This document shows positions 41,846-49,980 of a stretch of 51,186 bases of DNA, in pieces (the first letter of the stretch is position 1; the number at the start of each line of letters is the position of its first letter). The stretch lies in NCBI GenBank assembly GCA_018650645.1, contig JABIFP010000003.1, positions 1 through 51,186 of the forward strand, written 5' to 3'. Origin of the DNA: Candidatus Magasanikiibacteriota bacterium. GTDB lineage: Bacteria > Patescibacteriota > Patescibacteriia > Magasanikbacterales > UBA922. The position numbers were made by a program, and so were the translations under genes. The notes under the pieces are model-generated. The model was not told the origin of the DNA and searched no databases. It saw only the letters and a program-made list of their open reading frames with translations.

Positions 41846-41873
41846 TCCCCGCCGCACGCGGGGCATTTTTTTT
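41846..41873 (+). terminator. Intrinsic terminator of the lipoprotein cassette
   Basis: ccccgc-cgcac-gcgggg followed by a T9 tract. Confidence 0.8.
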
Positions 41874-41918
41874 ATAAAAAAACAACTCGCTTATCACGAG
41901 TTGTTTCAATTACGGTGT

Positions 41919-42527
41919 TTAGAACATACGAAGCCCGCCGGTAAAAAAATCGACTAACCAATACAACAGCGGTGACACAAGCGGCCATCCATATAGCATG
42001 AATAAGATAACAAAGAAGAATCCAAATCGATTCAGCATGTGCTTGATATGATCCATTGATGGAGGCATAATAGCAAACAGCAATTTAGACCCATCAAGTG
42101 GAGGAATTGGAATGGCGTTGAATACTGCCAAAAGTACATTTGTGAATACGATAATGCCAAGGAATGGTGTTGCCGGACCATACGGCATAAACTGCACCAT
42201 AAGCCCAAACACCAAAGCCAAGAACAAATTTGAAAGCGGCCCAGCAAGAGCAACCATTACTGGCCCCCACTTTTGATTCCGTAAATTGTGTGGATTGAAG
42301 GGTACGGGCTTAGCATAGGCAAATACAAATCCACCAGCAGTAGCCAGATATAGGATTATTGGCATCAGGACAGTTCCAATCGGATCGATATGTACTTTAG
42401 GGTTCAAACTGAGCCTACCCGCATAACGAGCGGTAGGATCGCCTAGTCTATCTGCCATCCAGCCATGCATATATTCATGAATAATGGCTGATGGAATCAT
42501 GACGAGGAGGAAAAAAAGTTGTAACAT
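41919..42527 (-). CDS. Site-2 protease (M50 family)
   Basis: HEYMHG, GDPTA, ALAGPLSN, FNAIPIPPLDGS. Confidence 0.95.
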   Translation of the reverse strand: MLQLFFLLVMIPSAIIHEYMHGWMADRLGDPTARYAGRLSLNPKVHIDPIGTVLMPIILYLATAGGFVFAYAKPVPFNPHNLRNQKWGPVMVALAGPLSNLFLALVFGLMVQFMPYGPATPFLGIIVFTNVLLAVFNAIPIPPLDGSKLLFAIMPPSMDHIKHMLNRFGFFFVILFMLYGWPLVSPLLYWLVDFFTGGLRMF

Positions 42528-42535
42528 AGAGATAC

Positions 42536-42564
42536 TTGACAAATAAGAGGCTGGCCGGTATAAT
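42536..42564 (+). promoter_or_regulatory. rpmB promoter (perfect consensus)
   Basis: TTGACA-17nt-TATAAT. Confidence 0.8.
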
Positions 42565-42633
42565 CAGCCGCACGTAAACACGAGTAGTATATAGGAATAT
42601 CCCTTACTACTCAACTTAGCTAAGTATACTCAT

Positions 42634-42816
42634 ATGGCACGAACTTGCGACATTTGCGCAAAGGGTCCAAAAAAGGCAGCTAACCGAAGTCACGCTTTAA
42701 ACAAGACACTTCGCGTACAAAAGCCTAACTTGCAAAAACTCGGTGGATACCGTGTTTGTACTGCATGTTTTAGAACCCTCAAGAAGAAAGCACTTGCTGG
42801 AAAACTTGCAGCGTAA
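42634..42816 (+). CDS. rpmB: 50S ribosomal protein L28 (zinc-type)
   Basis: MARTCDICAKG..NRSHA..T.R.QKPNLQ..VCTACFRTL. Confidence 0.95.
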   Translation: MARTCDICAKGPKKAANRSHALNKTLRVQKPNLQKLGGYRVCTACFRTLKKKALAGKLAA

Positions 42817-42826
42817 CAATTTCAAT

Positions 42827-42862
42827 AAAAAACACACGGCTATGCATAGCCGTGTGTTTTTT
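42827..42862. terminator. Bidirectional terminator (perfect 36-bp palindrome)
   Basis: aaaaaacacacggctatgcatagccgtgtgtttttt between convergent genes. Confidence 0.85.
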
Positions 42863-42864
42863 TA

Positions 42865-44094
42865 TTAACTTGCCGCAGGAATCCAAAATGAAAATGTTGC
42901 TCCCATTCCTACCCCGGGGCTGGTTGCCCAGATGCGGCCAGCATGCGCCTCTACAAATTCTTTTGCAATATACAATCCAAGCCCAACACTTTTTTCTTCG
43001 CACACATTCATGGTGCGCGGTAGTCGTGAAAATCGTTTAAACAAAAGTGATGATTCTTCTTGAGAGAATCCTGCTCCTCTATCTTGCACATGCACTTCAA
43101 CACCTGTATCCGTTTGGACGGCACTTACATACACATCTTTTTCGAATGAATATTTCAGTGCATTTTCTATTAAATTTGAAATGATATGTTCTACTGCGCG
43201 CGCATCAGCATGAATAGATAATTCTGGCGCATCAATATGCACCTGCCCAAGATGATCTACATGAGCAAGTGCGCGGTTCAATACTTCTTCTAAAGAAACG
43301 GTTGTTTTTTCTATTGGTGCCCCCTGTTGTACTTTTGCAACATCTAAAAATCGACGTGTTAATCGAATTAATCGACTGGTTGATTGATCAATATTACCAA
43401 GTACTTCCTGAAGTGGCAGAGACGGTGTACCGTACGCTCCATCTTGAATAAGTTCTACGTAGCCAGACACAATAGTAAGCGGTGTTCTCAGCTGATGAGC
43501 CACAACAGAAACAAATTCAATTTGTTTGTCATAGAGTTGTCTGAGTAATCGATGTTCATCTGCGACTTTTTGATGGTCGTACAGCTGCCGCCTAAAAAGT
43601 GCAATGATAATATATGAAATTGCTACAGTAGCTGAAAATATTCCTGCGCGCAAAACAAAGTTGTTGCCCGAATAAGAAATAATTAATTGTGTAAATACAG
43701 TTAAACAGAGTAGAACAAAAAATGCTTCAAAGACGAGAAGTCTTCCAGGCAATGAGTGCATAAATGAAATGCACAATACAAAAAATAAAATAATTGAAGC
43801 AATATATACTTCTATGCTTTTTAAAAATCCCGGCAAAAAAGGTTCGCTGACCATCCAAATAACTAACAGCAAAGAAAAACAGGCACTTGCATACATCAAG
43901 CGTAGCAATGCTGTTTTGCCTTGATACGAGCCGGTGAACATAAAAAATACTCCTATAGCCCGCAGAGATAAAAACAGTGGCACGCACACTAATGTGTACT
44001 GCGCGAGTTTTAATATTGTTTGAGAATAAATACTTGCCCCCATACGGGAAGGTATAGTACTCCCAAAGTAAAAAACGACAAGCGTTGATGCCAT
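42865..44094 (-). CDS. Membrane sensor histidine kinase
   Basis: Multi-TM N-terminus; AHQLRTPL H-box, NLIENALKY, DRGAG, GLGLYIAK..AHAG. Confidence 0.92.
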   Translation of the reverse strand: MASTLVVFYFGSTIPSRMGASIYSQTILKLAQYTLVCVPLFLSLRAIGVFFMFTGSYQGKTALLRLMYASACFSLLLVIWMVSEPFLPGFLKSIEVYIASIILFFVLCISFMHSLPGRLLVFEAFFVLLCLTVFTQLIISYSGNNFVLRAGIFSATVAISYIIIALFRRQLYDHQKVADEHRLLRQLYDKQIEFVSVVAHQLRTPLTIVSGYVELIQDGAYGTPSLPLQEVLGNIDQSTSRLIRLTRRFLDVAKVQQGAPIEKTTVSLEEVLNRALAHVDHLGQVHIDAPELSIHADARAVEHIISNLIENALKYSFEKDVYVSAVQTDTGVEVHVQDRGAGFSQEESSLLFKRFSRLPRTMNVCEEKSVGLGLYIAKEFVEAHAGRIWATSPGVGMGATFSFWIPAAS

Positions 44095-44142
44095 TTTTAC
44101 TCTTTTTTAAACAATGTGTTTAATTTGGCTATGTTCTTAATT

Positions 44143-44175
44143 CAAAAACAACCTCTTATGCAGAGATTGTTTTTG
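44143..44175 (-). terminator. Terminator-like hairpin
   Basis: caaaaacaacctct-tatgc-agagattgtttttg. Confidence 0.6.
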
Positions 44176-44443
44176 TTTGACCCCGAATTTGTCAGTCAAT
44201 CTATACCCCTATGTAACTAGGTGGGAGGTCGCAGAGCTGGCCCACGGGCCAGAGCAATATTGACTACCCTTGGTATAAAACTTAGCAGATATGATTGTAC
44301 TGCCAAGCGGGATCTATTCTAGTATAGGATGCAACATGTTCAGTGTCAATCCTCCTATTCCCAGACAAAGTGGAGAAAAGTTCTCCATTTTGTCTGGGAG
44401 GCAACATGGTCCTCCACAATTGGTTGAATGAATGGGATGCGCA

Positions 44444-44743
44444 CTAGCGCGACCCGTTCCGAGCGCCCTTAAGGCGAAGTCCACGAGCACGCCGTGAGCG
44501 TCCACTTGGTCGCCGAAGCGATCCCGAACGAGTCTTCACCCGAGCACTACGCTGACGATTCAGACGCTCGTGCGTACTGCACAACTTCCAGATCATACAC
44601 GGAAAATCAAATCCGTGTTCGCGCCCCAAGCGCAGTCCTTGATTGAGTGCATACGCCGCCTGTTCACCAGACGTAGTACACACGATATGTGCCAAGCGTG
44701 CTGCCTGACGCAGCGCGGCCTTCTCTACAGTCATTCGAGCCAA
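44444..44743 (-). CDS. Arg-rich orphan ORF (99 aa)
   Basis: GGGGAGGG SD before TTG start; GC-rich; basic tail; no recognisable domain. Confidence 0.45.
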   Translation of the reverse strand: MARMTVEKAALRQAARLAHIVCTTSGEQAAYALNQGLRLGREHGFDFPCMIWKLCSTHERLNRQRSARVKTRSGSLRRPSGRSRRARGLRLKGARNGSR

Positions 44744-44819
44744 TTGTAATCCCTCCCCAGGTTAAGCCCATTCCACTCTCTTTTACAAAAGAATGAAAGG
44801 GGCCTAACCACGTTGCCTT

Positions 44820-44849
44820 GTCCGCCGTAGCTATAAAGCGTAGGCGGGC
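44820..44849. repeat. REP-like GTAG hairpin (copy 2)
   Basis: gtccgccgtagct-ataa-agcgtaggcgggc. Confidence 0.7.
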
Positions 44850-45114
44850 CTGTGTCTCCTAATATTTCCCTCCAATGAATTCACCAGCATGTGATGAACT
44901 CATTGGAACGGGGCTTTTTGTGAATGAGTAGCCCCTACGATGTAACTCCGCGTAAATCGTGATGGCGTATGAAAGCGCCACCCCGTCTCGTATGTCCTTT
45001 ACTTGTGTCCTACCCGGTCAGGCGACTCTCCTCCGGAGTCATAGCCCTCCTCGACTCAAGTAAACGATTTACGAATAAATATTCCCAGATTTGGGATCAT
45101 GGTCTTCCTCCTTT

Positions 45115-45139
45115 GTCTGCCGTAGCTTTCGCGTAGGCA
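45115..45139. repeat. REP-like GTAG hairpin (copy 3)
   Basis: gtctgccgtagc-tttc-gcgtaggca. Confidence 0.65.
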
Positions 45140-45203
45140 TGGGTTTCGGCTGTTAAATGCCGGAACAACCTCCTTTTTGCTGTTCCGGGACTTTCAGCCC
45201 CAT

Positions 45204-45236
45204 AAAATAAAATCACCCCGAGAGTTTCGGGGTGAT
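45204..45236 (-). terminator. Intrinsic terminator after the 60-aa ORF
   Basis: ATCACCCCGA-AACTC-TCGGGGTGAT then TTTATTTT. Confidence 0.75.
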
Positions 45237-45259
45237 CAGTGAAATGTATGTTGATGCTG

Positions 45260-45442
45260 TTAGCTGCAGCCGCCGTTGCCACATTGGCACCCGCTACAAC
45301 TCTCTTCTTCATCTTCATGCGTTTCATTGATCACCCCCAGCCAGATAATGGCCTTTACAAATGATACATAAGCAAAGACGACCACCTTAATAAGGAGGGC
45401 CTTCAGATCAATGAGTTGCATTGTGCGTGCTTCGTGGTTCAT
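45260..45442 (-). CDS. Small membrane protein with acidic/Cys-rich tail
   Basis: One TM, then HEDEEESCSGCQCGNGGCS; promoter TTGACC(45489-45484)-17nt-TAACGT(45466-45461) and downstream terminator. Confidence 0.6.
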   Translation of the reverse strand: MNHEARTMQLIDLKALLIKVVVFAYVSFVKAIIWLGVINETHEDEEESCSGCQCGNGGCS

Positions 45443-45517
45443 AGATTTGTTTATATATTTACGTTACAGGGTATTGCAGCGTGGGTCAAGAGAGTTTTCC
45501 ACAGAATTGCTCTATAC

Positions 45518-45546
45518 TTGACGAATCCCCCGTTTCCCCTTATAAT
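45518..45546 (+). promoter_or_regulatory. ndk promoter
   Basis: TTGACG-17nt-TATAAT. Confidence 0.75.
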
Positions 45547-45576
45547 CACCCCAAAATTATTCATAACTTTACCACT

Positions 45577-46056
45577 ATGCAATTTGATGGTGTACGAGAA
45601 AAAACAATCCTTATTGTAAAGCCAGATGGCGTACAACGAGGGCTTATTGGAGAGATCATTGCTCGACTTGAACGAAAAGGACTCAAGATTGCAGGACTGA
45701 AAATGAACTTCCTTAAAGAGGAACAGCTGCGTGAACATTACGCTCACCATGTTGAAAAACCTTTTTACCCAGGACTTGAAGCTTTCATGAAAAGTTCTCC
45801 TGTAACTATTATCTGCGCAGAAGGACGAAACGCTGTTTCAGCAGTTCGCCTTATTGCAGGAGTTACTGACGGAGCTGCAGCTGATGCTGGAACTATGCGT
45901 GGAGACTTTGCAATGGGATTTGCAAACGTCGTTCATTGCTCAGATTCACTCGAAACTGCGCAAGCTGAAGTAAAACGATTCTTCAGTGATGAAGAAATCT
46001 ACGAATACGATAAAACTGAGTTCTTACATGTATACATGGAAGACGAACGCGCGTAA
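45577..46056 (+). CDS. ndk: Nucleoside diphosphate kinase
   Basis: IVKPDGVQRGLIGEII, HYAHH..KPFY, GTMRGDF, NVVHCSDS. Confidence 0.97.
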   Translation: MQFDGVREKTILIVKPDGVQRGLIGEIIARLERKGLKIAGLKMNFLKEEQLREHYAHHVEKPFYPGLEAFMKSSPVTIICAEGRNAVSAVRLIAGVTDGAAADAGTMRGDFAMGFANVVHCSDSLETAQAEVKRFFSDEEIYEYDKTEFLHVYMEDERA

Positions 46057-46065
46057 AAAACGTGA

Positions 46066-46103
46066 AATAAAAAAGCATCGATTAATTTCGATGCTTTTTT
46101 ATT
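46066..46103. terminator. Bidirectional terminator between ndk and the helicase gene
   Basis: aataaaaaagcatcga..tcgatgcttttttatt. Confidence 0.8.
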
Positions 46104-46104
46104 T

Positions 46105-48207
46105 CTATAACTCATCAATCCCCTTCAACAAACTCCCGCGCGGACGCGCTCGCCTTCCGCCAAACGATTGTTCATCTGCTTCATACGTTACATCATCGCA
46201 ATCATCGCTCGGATCGGTAAATACTGTTGGTGAACTCATGCCGCCGCGGCCACCGTGTGCGTAAGGATCAATGGTAAAATCGGTGAATGCTTCTTTATGA
46301 TGCACAAGCGATCGGTCCATATCTTCCAAAAACATACTCGGTCCGCCAAGCATGGTAGAACGCATTGTTGCCAGCGGATAACTCATGTACAAAAGCTTAC
46401 GCGCGCGTGTAATGGCCACATAAAATAGTCGACGCTCTTCTTCTACCCCGCGGCGTGTTTTCAGCGATCGGTCTGAAGGAAAATGCCCAGCAGAAAGATG
46501 TAAAATAAATACCACATCCCACTCGAGTCCCTTTGCTTGGTGAATAGTTGAAAGTACCATTTTCTTTACTCCATCTTTTCCGTCTTGCTGCGCCGCTCGG
46601 TGCTGTTCTTGCAATGTTACCTCTGCCAAAAATGTTGATACTTCTTCATGATTTGCAGCAAATAATGCGAGCTGCTCTATGTCTTCTTGCCGCTCTCTAA
46701 AATCAGGATATTCTGATTGCAAGTACGCCGCATATTTTGATCCAACCACGGCTTCTACAAGCTGTTCAGGTGAACCATTCGTCAATTCCATTTCAGAAAT
46801 AATCGAAATAAAATCATTCCAACCATTAATTGCTCTAGACCCCATCGATTCTGTAAGTACACTGAGTGCGTCCGTTGATAACGTATCTTCAATCTGCAGC
46901 GCTTGTACTTTTTCAAATATTTTCTGCAGTGTTACCGCACCAATTCCTATTTGCATGCCCAGCACTCGCGCCCACGCCACTCTATCTTTTGGATTAGTAT
47001 ACGCACGCACATAAGCAAGCACATCTTTAATGTGTGCGCGCTCAAAGAATCGTTTACCACCTCGGTACTCATACGCAATATTACGCTTCACAAGCTCCAT
47101 TTCTAACGCCTGTGAGTGATATGCAGCACGGAAGAGTACAGCAATCTCTTTTGGCGGTGTTCCTTCGGCTAACAGGTCTTCAATATGCTCTGCCATCCAT
47201 ACGGCCTCTTGTCGTTCTGTTGCAAAGGTATGCACTTCTGGCCGCGTACTTGGCTTTTGCACACTAGCGAGTTCTTTTTCAAACTGCGTGGTGTTTTGTG
47301 CAATCACATCATTGGCAACAGACAAAATTTCTGGTGTTGATCTATAATTTTGTGTTAATACAAATCTTTTTGCACCTGCAAAGGTTGCTTCAAAATGTAA
47401 AATGTTTTCAATGTCTGCTGCGCGGAAAGAATAAATACTTTGCGCATCATCCCCCACCACTAAAATGTTTCCATGATGCGATGCGAACTGCTGAATAATC
47501 TGCGCCTGAATTTTATTTGTATCTTGATACTCATCGACTAAAATATATTTGAACTGCTCTGAAAAAGCCTGACGCACATGCGGATGCTGCAGTAATAATA
47601 CGTACAGGTTCACTAATAAATCGTCAAAATCCATGACATTCCCTTCAAGTTTTCTTTGTGCATATTTATTTGCAATGCGACTAAACAAATCAGCAAATAC
47701 ATTCCAGTTTTCGTACCGCTCGTTTAAAATATCTGCAATAGGACGCTCTGCATTTCTTGAAAAAGAAATAATAGAATGCAGTACTTTTGCTGAAGGATAT
47801 CGTTTTGCGGTTCTGTCTACCCCTTCTTCCTTCATGCACATTTTTAACAGATCAACACTATCTGCAGCGTCAAGAATAGTAAAAGAATTACTATATCCTA
47901 AGAGTGGCGCATATTGTTTCAGCATTTTAAATGCCACGCCATGAAATGTTCCAGCCCAAGGAAGACGAATCTGTCCATTGGTAAGTGCCGTGACACGCTC
48001 TACCATTTCGTTTGCCGCTTTGTTGGTAAAGGTGAGCAGTAGTAGCTCATCTGGACGCACCCCTTCCGAGAGTAAATATGCTACTCGATATGTAATAGTA
48101 CGTGTTTTTCCACTTCCCGCTCCAGCCAATACTAACACTGGTCCGTCGCCATCTAAGACCACTTTTTGCTGGGAAGGATTTAATTCTGCAGTAATTATGT
48201 CTTTCAT
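46105..48207 (-). CDS. UvrD/PcrA-family ATP-dependent helicase
   Basis: AGAGSGKT, LVDEYQDTN, VGDDAQSIYSFRAA, QNYRS, STIHQAKGLEW, EERRLFYVAITRA; start MKDII at 48207. Confidence 0.95.
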   Translation of the reverse strand: MKDIITAELNPSQQKVVLDGDGPVLVLAGAGSGKTRTITYRVAYLLSEGVRPDELLLLTFTNKAANEMVERVTALTNGQIRLPWAGTFHGVAFKMLKQYAPLLGYSNSFTILDAADSVDLLKMCMKEEGVDRTAKRYPSAKVLHSIISFSRNAERPIADILNERYENWNVFADLFSRIANKYAQRKLEGNVMDFDDLLVNLYVLLLQHPHVRQAFSEQFKYILVDEYQDTNKIQAQIIQQFASHHGNILVVGDDAQSIYSFRAADIENILHFEATFAGAKRFVLTQNYRSTPEILSVANDVIAQNTTQFEKELASVQKPSTRPEVHTFATERQEAVWMAEHIEDLLAEGTPPKEIAVLFRAAYHSQALEMELVKRNIAYEYRGGKRFFERAHIKDVLAYVRAYTNPKDRVAWARVLGMQIGIGAVTLQKIFEKVQALQIEDTLSTDALSVLTESMGSRAINGWNDFISIISEMELTNGSPEQLVEAVVGSKYAAYLQSEYPDFRERQEDIEQLALFAANHEEVSTFLAEVTLQEQHRAAQQDGKDGVKKMVLSTIHQAKGLEWDVVFILHLSAGHFPSDRSLKTRRGVEEERRLFYVAITRARKLLYMSYPLATMRSTMLGGPSMFLEDMDRSLVHHKEAFTDFTIDPYAHGGRGGMSSPTVFTDPSDDCDDVTYEADEQSFGGRRARPRGSLLKGIDEL

Positions 48208-48261
48208 AGTGCATCCATTGTACCGTTTGAGGGTAAAAAAAACAACGCTTTGGTAAGCGAG

Positions 48262-48603
48262 AAAAAATGGAGGGGACCTCACAGCGCGGTACCGGTGGTG
48301 CGGTGCGTTGCTGTGAGGCCACCTATCGGCGGCAAGAAACAATTGCGAGCGATGCTCGCTTGATTGCCCTCAGGCCTTGTGTCCTGTCGCCAGTGTGTGA
48401 TGTCTCCCCTCCTTGCTTGAAAGCCATACGCTACCACTGACATCAGTGTGGTGTTGTATGTTTTGCCCGTGATGGGCGGTACGCCAACTTGGTATCCGCG
48501 GTGGTATTCCGTGGGCCCGTTGACACTACAGGCGCGTTCGCGTCGCGGCGTTCTTCCACCGCATATCTACTTGCTCCTCTTGGCTGGCTGCGCTTGCGTC
48601 GCG
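48262..48603 (-). ncRNA. Candidate structured RNA (long 3' region of the 58-aa peptide transcript)
   Basis: Successive hairpins, GGA motifs, terminal stem CCTCACAGC/GCTGTGAGG followed by a U-tract. Confidence 0.35.
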
Positions 48604-48780
48604 TCAGCCCTCGCCGATGATCTTGTCGAACTCGTTGGCGCTGCCGGTCAGGTGGTCGTGGCACGCGCTGCGGTCGCCGTCGTCGTGGTGCACCCGGGCG
48701 TCGCCGGGCGGCTTGTTCGCCGTCGCGATCGAGGTGTGGGTGGTGGTGGTGGGCGGGCCAGTGCTGCACTGGTTCATCAT
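48604..48780 (-). CDS. GC-rich 58-aa peptide
   Basis: Not in ORF track. SD AGGAGGGAGAGG, then MMNQCSTGPPTTTTHTSIATANKPPGDARVHHDDGDRSACHDHLTGSANEFDKIIGEG*; nearly all codons end in G/C. Confidence 0.65.
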   Translation of the reverse strand: MMNQCSTGPPTTTTHTSIATANKPPGDARVHHDDGDRSACHDHLTGSANEFDKIIGEG

Positions 48781-48869
48781 TTATCCTCTCCCTCCTACGA
48801 GGGCCGTACTGGTCTCGGTCGGGAACAGGGTGAATTGTGTTGTCCCAACTTTCTGCCAGCTAAAATATA

Positions 48870-48898
48870 TCCTATACCTAATATATTCCTGTGTCAAA
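48870..48898 (-). promoter_or_regulatory. sigma70 promoter of the peptide/RNA unit
   Basis: TTGACA-17nt-TAGGAT. Confidence 0.6.
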
Positions 48899-48937
48899 TC
48901 CCCTGTATCAAAAAAGAGCGACCTGCGCTCTTTTATT

Positions 48938-49648
48938 TTATTCGTACACTATTGCAGCAAACGCATGCAAAAGCGAGGTGGCTTCCGGACTTTCTCGGAG
49001 CCCTCTCGATATGTGATCAAAGCTCTGCCCTTCCGCATATGCAGGATACATCCCCAATCTATCCATCATCCTCTGCGGATTAATTTCTGGATGCGCCAAT
49101 GTTCCCCAAACCCGCGTACCTTCTACTCTAAACGAATTCACCTCGACTTGATCTGTCCCTGCAAGTGCAATCAGATGATCCGGTAAATTGATAATTGTTT
49201 CTTTGTGGCCAAACTGTGCATCAAAAACGGCAGGCATGTGCGCAAATAACGGATCCTCTTTTGCCGCTTCCAATACTCTCATAATCCTAGTTCCAGATTC
49301 GCGCATTAATTCTGCATTGGTAATAGAAGCACCATAATGCAACGCAATAAATTGATATCCAAAACATACACCTAAGAGTGGAATGTCTTTCTCTATCAAT
49401 CTATCAATAAATGTAAGAGTTCTATCTTTCCACGTTCCCTCTCCATCACCATTTCCCAGCATGAATTCCCCGCTCCCTGCCAAGATAACTCCTCCTACAT
49501 TAAATAAATTATCCGGAAATATCTCTGTAATAGCATCTAAAAAAACAATTCTTTCTGCAATGTCTGCATACTCTTCTAAAAAACAGCGTTGCTCATGCTG
49601 TTTAGATATATCGGTTCTGTATTGGATAATATACAATTGTTTTTGCAT
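48938..49648 (-). CDS. Class I glutamine amidotransferase-like protein
   Basis: GVILAGSG, PLLGVCFGYQ, AHPE (Cys-His-Glu triad). Confidence 0.92.
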   Translation of the reverse strand: MQKQLYIIQYRTDISKQHEQRCFLEEYADIAERIVFLDAITEIFPDNLFNVGGVILAGSGEFMLGNGDGEGTWKDRTLTFIDRLIEKDIPLLGVCFGYQFIALHYGASITNAELMRESGTRIMRVLEAAKEDPLFAHMPAVFDAQFGHKETIINLPDHLIALAGTDQVEVNSFRVEGTRVWGTLAHPEINPQRMMDRLGMYPAYAEGQSFDHISRGLRESPEATSLLHAFAAIVYE

Positions 49649-49742
49649 AATTTTGTATCATTACGGCTCACTCATACAGTATATCAGAGAACAGTATGAT
49701 GCAAGTCAAAGGCCGCCAAAATAGGCGGCCTTGTGAACAGAG

Positions 49743-49925
49743 TCATGAAACCACGCTACCCCGCGGTAGAGTGCGAATGTTTTGGACCATGTGACCGCCA
49801 CCGCTTGCGCAAATGACGCGCACAGTGGTATCAGTCAGACCAATGACCTCTCCGCGGATGCATCTTCCCCCTGGGAGCCTGATAGTCACGTAATCCCTCA
49901 CTTTCAATTCACGAGTAATGCTCAC
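49743..49925 (-). CDS. Small orphan protein, possible SH3/KOW/Sm-like beta-barrel
   Basis: AAGGAG SD before GTG; LKVRDYVTI..GGRCIRGEVIGL..TVRV; terminator aaggccgcc..ggcggcctt at 49709-49732. Confidence 0.5.
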   Translation of the reverse strand: MSITRELKVRDYVTIRLPGGRCIRGEVIGLTDTTVRVICASGGGHMVQNIRTLPRGSVVS

Positions 49926-49980
49926 AACATCTCCTTTACCTGTCTTTGCGCGTCCGGACTGTGCGCATAAACAGGTAAAG

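Larger units (their letters stand above)
44176..45203 (-). ncRNA. Candidate structured GGA-rich RNA / micro-ORF array
   Basis: More than 10 consecutive hairpins and repeated AGGAGG/GGA motifs on the minus strand; no family recognised. Confidence 0.4.

Noticed and set aside
41276-41909. Overlapping 160-aa (+) and 206-aa (-) ORFs
   Set aside because: Alternative frames of a GC-rich gene; only 41316-41825 has SD, lipobox, promoter and terminator
45140-45203. GGGGCTGAAAGTCC resembling the RNase P GAAAGUCC core or a c-di-AMP riboswitch segment
   Set aside because: The other conserved elements (RNase P P4 3' strand, ydaO GCUAAC and GGGGGA motifs) were not found in the right order
44100-45250. Possible CRISPR array or group I/II intron
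   Set aside because: No regularly spaced identical repeats, no cas genes, no recognisable domain V or P7 core
45097-45327. 76-aa minus-strand ORF
   Set aside because: Overlaps the 60-aa ORF and runs through a terminator and a REP-like hairpin; no SD
48443-49186. ORFs of 108, 211 and 189 aa
   Set aside because: GC-rich shadow frames; the SD-led, GC3-biased frame is 48780-48604
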